DNA of 52,944 nucleotides from Bacteroidota bacterium. Its GTDB lineage: Bacteria; Bacteroidota; Bacteroidia; Bacteroidales; PUMT01. Shown piece by piece: positions 31,145 to 39,723 of the stretch. The stretch is taken from assembly GCA_003551495.1 (NCBI GenBank), contig PUMT01000022.1, positions 1 through 52,944 on the forward strand, given 5' to 3'. Position 1 is the stretch's first letter. The number at the start of each line of letters is the position of its first letter. The translations under genes and the position numbers were made by a program. A model generated the notes under the pieces. That model saw only the letters and a list, made by a program, of their open reading frames with translations, made no database searches and was not told the origin of the DNA.

Positions 31145-32149
31145 CTACTCATCCTTTTGTTGACTGCGGCCGGGAGAAGTTTTCTTTTTAACTCCTGCAT
31201 CCTTTTCACTTAAATGCTCTTCGTAAGCCTTCACAATATGCCTTACCAGCCTGTGCCTTATTATATCCCTTTCATCAAGGTATATTACAGAAATCCCCCT
31301 TATATGCGAAAGTATTTTAAGTGCAGGCATGAGTCCTGACTGCCTCTTATCGGGCAGATCTATCTGGGTAATATCCCCGTTAACAATGAACTTGGCATTC
31401 TTCCCCATTCTGGTAAGGAACATCTTCAGCTGCTTTACGGTTGCATTCTGTGCTTCATCAAGAATAACAGCGGCATTGTCAAGTGTGCGTCCCCTCATGT
31501 AAGCCAGTGGCGCTATTTGTATTGTCCCTTCGCTAAGGTAATCCTGTAGCTTTCTGGGAGGAATCATATCATTGAGCGCATCGTAAAGGGGCTGAAGGTA
31601 GGGGTCGAGTTTTTCCCTGACATCGCCCGGCAGGAACCCGAGGTGCTCACCGGCTTCAACTGCAGGACGGGTTAGAATGATCTTTTTTACCTCCCTGTTT
31701 TTGAAAGCCTTTACAGCCAAGGCAATAGCCGTATATGTCTTGCCCGTTCCTGCAGGTCCAATAGCAAAGAGGAGGTCATTATCCAGGTAATCCTTCGCCA
31801 TCCTGCGCTGATTAACAGTTTTGGCTTTTATCTGTTTACCCTGGTTTCCGAAAACAAGGGTATCTTCGTCCTCATCTTCAATTACGGTATTTGACTCTTC
31901 TTTTCCCATTATCTCTTCAATGTCTCTCTCTGCAAGACGATTATATTTCTGAAGATGCTCCATCAACATCCTTATCTTGTCTTCAAACAAAATTATCTGT
32001 TCTTCCTCTCCGTAAACACGGATCTCATTACCTCTTGCCACTATCTTCAGTCTTGGGAAATAGCTTTTTATTTTATCGAGCAGGTTGTTGTTTGCTCCGT
32101 AAAGGACTACAGGATCAACGCCTTCCAAATATATGAGATGCTCTATCAT
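31145..32149 (-). CDS. phoH: PhoH-family ATPase
   Basis: GPAGTGKT, TRPAVEAGEHLGFLPG, LAYMRGRTL, DEAQN, GDITQIDLP. ATG 32149 preferred; TATATTTG element at 32184-32191. Confidence 0.95.
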   Translation of the reverse strand: MIEHLIYLEGVDPVVLYGANNNLLDKIKSYFPRLKIVARGNEIRVYGEEEQIILFEDKIRMLMEHLQKYNRLAERDIEEIMGKEESNTVIEDEDEDTLVFGNQGKQIKAKTVNQRRMAKDYLDNDLLFAIGPAGTGKTYTAIALAVKAFKNREVKKIILTRPAVEAGEHLGFLPGDVREKLDPYLQPLYDALNDMIPPRKLQDYLSEGTIQIAPLAYMRGRTLDNAAVILDEAQNATVKQLKMFLTRMGKNAKFIVNGDITQIDLPDKRQSGLMPALKILSHIRGISVIYLDERDIIRHRLVRHIVKAYEEHLSEKDAGVKKKTSPGRSQQKDE

Positions 32150-32310
32150 AAAATTTGTCAAATAATGTTTACTTTTGGTTTTGCAAATATAAATGAATTT
32201 TCCATCAGGCTAAGTCAGCAATACTGAAAACCGTTAATATGGAAAATTAACGAAGTATTTTTTTTTTTCAAAAATTTCACACAAACAGATAAAAAGTCCA
32301 ATTTATTGAA

Positions 32311-33096
32311 ATGTCTGTTATAACTCTTACAAGTGACTGGAACCGGGATGATTATTACAGTGGAGCAGTAAAGGGGGATATCCTCTCCGGCTTACCTGAT
32401 GCAACACTTGTTGACATTTCACACAGTATCCAGCCCTTTAATATTGCCCAGGCGGCATTTATTCTTAAAAACAGCTATACCCATTTTCCTGCAGGCACCG
32501 TTCACACAATCTGGCTGAACAGTGAATGCAGTAAAACTCCGGTTTACCTGGCAGCAAAATATGACGGACATTACTTCATAAGTGCTGACAGTGGTTTGTT
32601 CGGACTGCTTTTCAGGAAAGACCCTGATATGATCGTTACTCTTGCCGGAAATACAGGAGAATCTTCCTTTGCCTCACTTAAACCATTTACCCGTGCCGCC
32701 TGCCATCTTGCTTCGGGCAAAGATATTGCCGGACTGGGAGATAAAGTTGAAGATTTTTCCAGAAGCACTCCCAGGCGTGCCACAATTGATGAAAACATCA
32801 TTACCGGAAGTATTATTTATATAGATTCCTACAAAAATGCAATAACAAATATTACACGTGAGCTGTTTGAGCGTGTGGGTAAAGGACGTCCCTTCGAGAT
32901 ACTGGTTCAAAGCAATCATTACCGGATAAACAGGCTCAACAATATATACGGTACAACTTCACCCGGTGAGATGCTGGCGCTTTTCAACTCATTGGATCTT
33001 ATGGAAGTTGCCATTTACAAAGGAAATCTGGCAGACCTGCTTAATCTTGACACCAGCTCAAGTGTAAGGGTGAAGTTCAGGGATAAGAATAAATAA
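32311..33096 (+). CDS. SAM hydroxide adenosyltransferase/chlorinase/fluorinase (DUF62) family protein
   Basis: ITLTSDW..DDYY, DISHSI, FPAGTVH, ADSG, IYIDSYKNAITNI. Confidence 0.85.
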   Translation: MSVITLTSDWNRDDYYSGAVKGDILSGLPDATLVDISHSIQPFNIAQAAFILKNSYTHFPAGTVHTIWLNSECSKTPVYLAAKYDGHYFISADSGLFGLLFRKDPDMIVTLAGNTGESSFASLKPFTRAACHLASGKDIAGLGDKVEDFSRSTPRRATIDENIITGSIIYIDSYKNAITNITRELFERVGKGRPFEILVQSNHYRINRLNNIYGTTSPGEMLALFNSLDLMEVAIYKGNLADLLNLDTSSSVRVKFRDKNK

Positions 33097-33109
33097 GATT
33101 ATAACTATT

Positions 33110-33883
33110 ATGGATAAAAGTCTGACCGAATTCAAAAAGCTTCTCGAAATAATGGATGAACTTAGGGAAAAATGTCCGTGGGACAGGAAACAGACTTTTG
33201 AAACCCTCAGGAATTTAACCATAGAGGAGACTTATGAGCTGGCCGATGCTATTTCCGGGAACAACCCCCGGGAAATAAAAACAGAACTGGGAGACCTGCT
33301 TCTTCATATAGTCTTTTATGCAAAAATTGGTTCTGAAACCGGCGAATTCGATATCGGGGATATTGCAAAGTCCATCAACAACAAGCTGATCTCACGTCAT
33401 CCCCACGTCTTCGGCAACACTGAAGTATCAAGTGAAGAAGAGGTAAAGGATAACTGGGAACATTTGAAAATAAAGGAATCCGACCGGAAAGTTCTTTCCG
33501 GTGTACCCTCTGCCCTTCCTGCCCTTATAAAGGCCAACAGGATTCAGGATAAAGTGAAGGGGGTTGGATTTGACTGGGAAAAGCAGCATCAGATATGGGA
33601 CAAGGTAATGGAAGAGATAGGGGAGTTGAGGAGCGAGATTGATAAAAGTGACAGGGAGAAGACTGAGGCCGAATTTGGCGACCTTTTATTTTCAATTGTA
33701 AATGCAGCCAGGCTTTATGGTATAGACCCCGAAAATGCGCTTGAAAAAACCAACCAGAAATTTATAAAACGTTTCGGATACCTTGAAGAAAAAACAATAC
33801 AGGCAGGGAGGTCGCTCAGGGAAATGACCCTTGACGAGATGAATGTAATCTGGGAAGAGGCAAAGCAGTTTGATAAAAAGTAA
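33110..33883 (+). CDS. mazG: Nucleoside triphosphate pyrophosphohydrolase MazG
   Basis: CPWDRKQT, IEETYEL, ELGDLL, RHPHVF, second domain EFGDLLF. Confidence 0.96.
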   Translation: MDKSLTEFKKLLEIMDELREKCPWDRKQTFETLRNLTIEETYELADAISGNNPREIKTELGDLLLHIVFYAKIGSETGEFDIGDIAKSINNKLISRHPHVFGNTEVSSEEEVKDNWEHLKIKESDRKVLSGVPSALPALIKANRIQDKVKGVGFDWEKQHQIWDKVMEEIGELRSEIDKSDREKTEAEFGDLLFSIVNAARLYGIDPENALEKTNQKFIKRFGYLEEKTIQAGRSLREMTLDEMNVIWEEAKQFDKK

Positions 33884-33884
33884 C

Positions 33885-34044
33885 TCAACCCGGAAAACCC
33901 AGGATCCCGACAGAACGGAATCCCGGTAAACCGGAATCCAGACAGACCAGGAAACGGACAAACCAGAACCTCGGCAGACCGGAATCCGGAAAAATCAGGA
34001 TCCGGAAAAACCGGGATCCCGACAGACCAGGAAACGGACAAAGC
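33885..34044. repeat. Degenerate 16-bp tandem minisatellite, about 10 units
   Basis: Units such as aggatcccgacagaac / ggaatcccggtaaacc / ggaatccagacagacc / aggaaacggacaaacc; an exact 22-mer recurs at 33941 and 34021. Confidence 0.85.
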
Positions 34045-34080
34045 GGAATTAATTTTAAAACCTTAAAATAAATTACAGTT

Positions 34081-35280
34081 ATGAAAAGAAGTGTTGTTAC
34101 TTTATTATTGTTTATCATATTTTTTGTGCAGGCAGTACCCTGCACATCAGTTATCATATCGGGTAAATATACACCCGACGGTCGTCCCCTTATGTGGAAA
34201 CACAGGGATACCCAGGCATTCGACAATAAGCTGGTATTCATAAATGACGGGAAATATGATGCCATTGCACTTGTCAATTCCGGTGATGCCGATGCTGAAA
34301 GGATCTGGATAGGCTTCAACAGTGCAGGTTTTTCAGTTATGAACACCCTCTCCTACAATATAGAAGGAGACGGTGCAAATAACGGCAGATTCATGAGAGA
34401 GGCGCTTATGGAGTGTGAAACGGTTGAGGATTTTGAAAGGTTTATTGAAGATTATCCGCAGCCCCGCAATGTGCGATCCAATTTTGGAGTAATTGATGCA
34501 CAGGGAGGAGCTGCATTTTTTGAAACCGGCCATTATACATATACCCGGTTTGATGCTGATGACAAAAGAGTTGCACCTCACGGATACATAGTGCGGACTA
34601 ACTTCTCTTTTGACGGTGAATGGAACGAAGGGGCAGGATATATCCGCTACGGAACAGCCGAAAATATGTTTTACAGGGCATCGGGTGAAGGAAATCTTTC
34701 ACTTCAGTTCCTTCTTGAAGAAGTCCTCATATCGCTTGAAAACTGGTATACCGGTCATAATGCAAGGGTAAACATGCCGCCGGAGAGCCAGGATAATTTT
34801 GTTTACTTCCAGGACTATATCAACCGTTTCACTTCAACATCATCTCTTGTTGTACAGGGTGTAAAAGAAGGGGAATCTCCGTTGCTTACCGCTATGTGGT
34901 CAATGGTAGGCTTCCCCCTCGGATCTGTCGCCATACCGGTATGGCTGACACCCGGCGGGCACCTTCCCGAAACTGTCACTGCCCCCGGAGGGGAAAATTC
35001 GGAAATATGCGACTATGCCCTTGAAGTAAAAGATATTATGATACCTTCAAGGAGAGGTTCCACACAATATTATATAAACACAACCAAAGTTTTCAATTCT
35101 GACAACACAGGAATAACCCAACAGCTTCTGGAGGTAACACGTAACATCTACAATATGACAAACGAAAAAACAAATCAATGGAGAATTGACGGCAGGCCTG
35201 ACGAAAGGGAAGTCAAAGAGCTTTATGACGCATACGACAGGATGGTTCGCGAGGCCTACGGGAATATCCTGGGAAGGTAG
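34081..35280 (+). CDS. Exported Ntn-hydrolase (C45/acyl-CoA:6-APA acyltransferase-like)
   Basis: Signal peptide followed by CTSVIISGKYTPDGRPLMWKHRD (N-terminal Cys nucleophile); NFGVIDA, VRTNFS. Confidence 0.8.
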   Translation: MKRSVVTLLLFIIFFVQAVPCTSVIISGKYTPDGRPLMWKHRDTQAFDNKLVFINDGKYDAIALVNSGDADAERIWIGFNSAGFSVMNTLSYNIEGDGANNGRFMREALMECETVEDFERFIEDYPQPRNVRSNFGVIDAQGGAAFFETGHYTYTRFDADDKRVAPHGYIVRTNFSFDGEWNEGAGYIRYGTAENMFYRASGEGNLSLQFLLEEVLISLENWYTGHNARVNMPPESQDNFVYFQDYINRFTSTSSLVVQGVKEGESPLLTAMWSMVGFPLGSVAIPVWLTPGGHLPETVTAPGGENSEICDYALEVKDIMIPSRRGSTQYYINTTKVFNSDNTGITQQLLEVTRNIYNMTNEKTNQWRIDGRPDEREVKELYDAYDRMVREAYGNILGR

Positions 35281-35516
35281 AGTTCCGGCCTGATCTTTGC
35301 TTTCACCAGCTGCAGGACTGCTAAGTAAATGTCCCGGGAAGGCAGAGTTCCGGCATTGCTTTTCCTGATAATTATCCGGAAGAATTATTTAATCCAACTA
35401 TAAATAATTTGTTTGCCAGTGTGTTTTTCCAATATTTTTGTATTTTGTAGAGTTATTAGGAGTAAAAAGTATTATTCTTGAATTTAACAATAATGCCAAA
35501 CTAAACCCATATCACC

Positions 35517-36686
35517 ATGAAGAAATCACTCGACCGCCGCAACTTTCTTAAATTATCCGCCGCCGGAGCAGCAGGCAGTATCCTTGCGGGCAGCGGAACT
35601 TTGCACGCTTCTGCTTTGAGAAACACAAAGCCGGAAGGAAGTAACGGAATTATTTACCGCACACTTGGAAAAACAGGTATAAGGGTGCCTGTGGTAAACC
35701 TTGGTGTAATGCGTGTGGATAATCCCAGAATAGTAACCATGGCCCTTGACGGGGGAATGAAGTTTCTTGATACTGCATACAGTTACCAGAATGGGAGGAA
35801 CGAAGAGATGCTCGGGGAACTTTTGAAGGACAGGCCCAGGGACTCCTACTATATTGCCACAAAAATAAGGGGCGAAAACGAGGAGCAGCTTATGGGACAG
35901 TTTGATGTCAGCATGAAAAGGCTGCAGCTTGATTATGTTGACATTCTTCATTTTCACCGCCCCACAGCAGAGCAAACCCTTGATCCGGAACTTTTGTCGG
36001 TTTTTAAGAAGATAAAGGAGAGCGGAAGGGCGAAATTCCTTGGAGTAAGCACACATTCAAATGAGCCTGAAGTGATAAGGGCTGTCATTAAAAGCAATGT
36101 TTACGACGTTGTTCTCACCTCTTACAATTTCAGGATGGAGTACTACGCTGACCTTAAAAAGGCTGTAGCCGAAGCGAATGCAGCAGGAATCGGTGTTATT
36201 GCACAAAAAACCATGGCCGGTGCTTACTGGGACAGGGAGAGGAATGACCCGATCAACACAAAGGCAGCCCTGAAGTTTGTCCTTCAGGATGAAAATGTAC
36301 ATACTTCAATTCCGGGAGTAACAGCATTCCATGAACTGGAAGATAACTTCGAGGTGAACAAGGATATTTCGATGACTGAGCAGGAAATAAAAGACCTGAG
36401 GCTGGATGAACAAACCGCAGGCATGTTCTGCCTGGGCTGTGAAAAATGTATAGCCCAGTGCCCGCAAAAACTGCCTGTCCCCGACATAATGCGTTCATAT
36501 ATGTATGCTTACGGTTACAGGGACCTGTCACTTGCACGTGAAACGATGGATTCACTCAGCCTGAATGCTGATGCATGCGGCAACTGCACTTCCTGCAGCG
36601 TGAAATGTGTTCAGGGGTTCAATGTAGCCCAAAAGATAAGGGATATTGACAGGATACGTCATATACCCTCCGATTTTCTAACGTGA
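35517..36686 (+). CDS. Aldo/keto reductase with Tat-like leader and C-terminal FeS dicluster
   Basis: DRRNFLK twin-arginine motif; YRTLGKTG, DTAYSY, ATK, LQLDYVD, GVSTH; CLGCEKCIAQCP and CGNCTSCSVKC. Confidence 0.9.
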   Translation: MKKSLDRRNFLKLSAAGAAGSILAGSGTLHASALRNTKPEGSNGIIYRTLGKTGIRVPVVNLGVMRVDNPRIVTMALDGGMKFLDTAYSYQNGRNEEMLGELLKDRPRDSYYIATKIRGENEEQLMGQFDVSMKRLQLDYVDILHFHRPTAEQTLDPELLSVFKKIKESGRAKFLGVSTHSNEPEVIRAVIKSNVYDVVLTSYNFRMEYYADLKKAVAEANAAGIGVIAQKTMAGAYWDRERNDPINTKAALKFVLQDENVHTSIPGVTAFHELEDNFEVNKDISMTEQEIKDLRLDEQTAGMFCLGCEKCIAQCPQKLPVPDIMRSYMYAYGYRDLSLARETMDSLSLNADACGNCTSCSVKCVQGFNVAQKIRDIDRIRHIPSDFLT

Positions 36687-36739
36687 TAAAACAGGCGGAA
36701 GAATTTCAGAACAATACGAAAACCAAAAATTGAGCAGAT

Positions 36740-37630
36740 ATGAGAGAAACATCAGGAAAAAGATTTAAAACAATGGTTTTAGCCTTTCTTGCGGCAGTTT
36801 TGTTTTTTATTTCAGGGACAATGAATTATGCTGCCGCCGATCACACCAGGTTTTTCCCTGATATGGACGGTTGGGAAGAGCCGGAAGAAATTGTGGTTTA
36901 CACTCCCGAAACTTTATGGGATATTATCAATGGGGCAGCAGACCTCTTTTATGCATACGACTTCCAGGAAATGTACTGGGGTGAATTTGTAAACTCAGAA
37001 GACAACAACATTTACATTGTTATGGAAATTTACCGCCAGGGTGATCCTGTTACTGCTTTTGGAGTTTATTCCCAGGAGAGGCCAAGGGTGCCCGATCTTG
37101 TTGACATCGGGGTGGAAGGATACACTGCTGAAGGGATTTTACATTTCTTTGTAGCCGACTGTTATGTGAAGATCAGGAGTCACGACACTTCCGAAGAGAC
37201 TAAAGAGGCAATGGAGAACCTGGCAAGACATGTTGCAGGGATGCTGGATCCTGATCCTCAGTTCCCGGAAATAGTCTATGCCCTTCCTGAAGAAGGAAAA
37301 GTGGAGTATTCCGAAGAGTTCATCAATACCAATTTCCTGGGGCACACTTTCCTTTCACGTGCATTTGTGTCGACATATGAAATTGACGGAAGCAGGTTCA
37401 ACCTGTTCGTAATAGAAAAGGAAAGCAGGGATGAATGTAAGGATATACTTGCCAGTTATTATGAATTCAGCGGACAGGATGCCGAAATTTCGGAAGGTAT
37501 TCACAGGATAGATGACCGGTGGAATGGTGAGGTGGGGATAGTCTGGAAAGGCAACAGGATGTACGGCTATTTCAACCTTGAAGAGGAAGATCTTCAGGAA
37601 AAATATCTGGAGCTTTTTTCAGGACGTTAA
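36740..37630 (+). CDS. Exported hypothetical protein, DUF6599-like
   Basis: Signal peptide; LWDIINGAADLF, AFGVYSQER and NFLGH motifs; directly after the aldo/keto reductase. Confidence 0.65.
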   Translation: MRETSGKRFKTMVLAFLAAVLFFISGTMNYAAADHTRFFPDMDGWEEPEEIVVYTPETLWDIINGAADLFYAYDFQEMYWGEFVNSEDNNIYIVMEIYRQGDPVTAFGVYSQERPRVPDLVDIGVEGYTAEGILHFFVADCYVKIRSHDTSEETKEAMENLARHVAGMLDPDPQFPEIVYALPEEGKVEYSEEFINTNFLGHTFLSRAFVSTYEIDGSRFNLFVIEKESRDECKDILASYYEFSGQDAEISEGIHRIDDRWNGEVGIVWKGNRMYGYFNLEEEDLQEKYLELFSGR

Positions 37631-37672
37631 AGTTGTTAAAACACTTCCGGATCTATTCAATTTTATAAAAAG

Positions 37673-37707
37673 AGAGGGTGTCTCAAAAACCTGAAACACC
37701 CTCTTTC
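37673..37707. terminator. Hairpin terminator between convergent genes
   Basis: agagggtgt...acaccctct stem flanked by A/T runs. Confidence 0.65.
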
Positions 37708-37809
37708 TATTTGTACTGCTATCCTGAAATATTTCCAGTTATCAGGAGTTTAATATTTCATTTTAGACAGCCTTTTTAAAAATTCAACACACTTAATAAA
37801 CTTGATTTA

Positions 37810-39453
37810 TTATAATTTGGGACCTGCGGCTACCAGCCGCTTGCCTTCATCAGAGTCGGTAAACATCTCAAAATTGTTGATGAATTTTTGGGCCAACTCA
37901 CAGCAGATTCTGTCATACTCCTCCTTGTCCTCCCACATATTCCTGGGATTCAGGATTCTGCTGTCAACACCTTTTAGGGTTTTGGGGATGGATAAATTGA
38001 AGACAGGCATTGTTTCATATTCAGCTTCCAGAATTGAACCGTCGTGTATTGCATCTATAATTGTTCTTGTAGCCGGTATGTCAATCCTTTTCCCTACTCC
38101 GTATTTTCCGCCTACCCATCCGGTATTGACAAGATACGCCTTCGAGTTATGAGCATCCATCTTTCTGGCAAGCTCACGCGCATAAACAGTTGGGTGCAGA
38201 AGGAGGAAAGCAGCACCGAAAGCAGCAGAAAAAGTGGGTTTGGGTTCAGTTATTCCCCTTTCAGTTCCCGCTACCTTTGCAGTGTATCCGCTCAGAAAGT
38301 GGTACATTGCCTGGTCGCGGGTTAATCTGGCAACCGGTGGCAGGATACCAAAGGCATCTGCTGTAAGGAAAATTATGTTTTTGGCATGGCCTCCTTTGGA
38401 AACTGGTTTTACAATATTTTTAATATGATAAATCGGATATGACATCCTTGTGTTCTCGGTTTTTGAACTGTCACTCATATCCACTACACCCGTTTTTTCG
38501 TCGTAAACCACATTTTCAAGTAATGCGTCACGCTTCATTGAATTGTAAATATCGGGTTCATTTTCCTTGCTCAGGTTGATTACCTTTGCATAGCAGCCTC
38601 CCTCAAAATTAAATATTCCATCATCATCCCATCCATGTTCGTCATCTCCAATAAGCTTTCTTTTAGGATCGGCAGAAAGTGTGGTTTTGCCCGTTCCTGA
38701 AAGGCCGAACATAATGGCTGTGTCACCTTTATCTCCCATATTGGCAGAACAGTGCATTGATGCAATATTTTTCAGGGGGAGCAGGTAGTTCATTATTGAA
38801 AAGAAGCCCTTTTTTATCTCTCCTCCGTACCACGTTCCGCCCACACATGCCATACCGGCGCCAATGTTAAATGCAACAAACACCTCACTGTTCAATCCCT
38901 GTTCTTCCCATTTGGGATTTGTGATTTTCGGTGCATTCAGCATTACAAAATCCGGCTTGAAGTTTTCAAGCTCCTCTTCTGTCGGCCTGATAAACATGTT
39001 TTTCACAAAATGTGCCATCCATGCAACTTCGGTTATAACCCTTATGCCTATTCTTGTATCGGGATTAGCACCGGCAAATGCATCCTGAACATACAGCCTT
39101 TTGCCTGAAAGCTGCTTCTGGGCAAGCGTTTTCAGGTGTTCCCAAACCTCAGGTGAAATAGGTTTGTTATCCGAACTTTTTCTTTCGGGAGATTTCCACC
39201 AGATATTTTTCTCTGAAGAAGGCTCTTTCACTATATACTTGTCTTTTGGAGAGCGGCCGGTAAATATTCCTGTATCAACAGCAACCGCACCTGTACTTGT
39301 AACAAAGCCTTTTTCAAGGCCTTCCAGGTTCGGGTCGGTTTCGTGCCTGAACAGTTCTTCATATGAGAGGTTGTGAAATACCTGTCCCGGATTTTCAATG
39401 CCATAAGCTGACAGGTCAATCTTTGTTTTTTGAACGGGGTCCTTAGTATCCAT
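37810..39453 (-). CDS. pckA: Phosphoenolpyruvate carboxykinase (ATP)
   Basis: [52 protein letters not shown]. Confidence 0.98.
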   Translation of the reverse strand: MDTKDPVQKTKIDLSAYGIENPGQVFHNLSYEELFRHETDPNLEGLEKGFVTSTGAVAVDTGIFTGRSPKDKYIVKEPSSEKNIWWKSPERKSSDNKPISPEVWEHLKTLAQKQLSGKRLYVQDAFAGANPDTRIGIRVITEVAWMAHFVKNMFIRPTEEELENFKPDFVMLNAPKITNPKWEEQGLNSEVFVAFNIGAGMACVGGTWYGGEIKKGFFSIMNYLLPLKNIASMHCSANMGDKGDTAIMFGLSGTGKTTLSADPKRKLIGDDEHGWDDDGIFNFEGGCYAKVINLSKENEPDIYNSMKRDALLENVVYDEKTGVVDMSDSSKTENTRMSYPIYHIKNIVKPVSKGGHAKNIIFLTADAFGILPPVARLTRDQAMYHFLSGYTAKVAGTERGITEPKPTFSAAFGAAFLLLHPTVYARELARKMDAHNSKAYLVNTGWVGGKYGVGKRIDIPATRTIIDAIHDGSILEAEYETMPVFNLSIPKTLKGVDSRILNPRNMWEDKEEYDRICCELAQKFINNFEMFTDSDEGKRLVAAGPKL

Positions 39454-39542
39454 AAACGGGAATTTTAATTTTAATAGACTGGGAAATGATATTTATATCT
39501 CAAAAATAACCAATAAACCGGAAACAAAATGCTAATTTAAAG

Positions 39543-39577
39543 AAAAAAGCAGCATTTGTAAAAAACGCTGCTTTTTT
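39543..39577 (-). terminator. Intrinsic terminator downstream of ppdK
   Basis: aaaaaagcagc...gctgctttttt inverted repeat. Confidence 0.75.
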
Positions 39578-39723
39578 ATCTGAATTTACGAGTTATGTAT
39601 TTAAGGTAGTTCGAAAAAAGTTTTTGATCAATTCAAACTGTTAGTTTATAATTTTTCGCCCCAGACCCCCACCCCGCAGATATTTCAATGCGCAATGAAT
39701 GGCAGGGGACGATCATTATTTGT

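Noticed and set aside
33885-34044. Possible CRISPR array
   Set aside because: Contiguous degenerate 16-mers with no unique spacers and no cas genes.
33692-34346. Minus-strand ORFs with repeated MSVSWSV / CPFPGLSG
   Set aside because: Artefacts of translating the 16-bp minisatellite; they overlap mazG and the Ntn hydrolase antisense.
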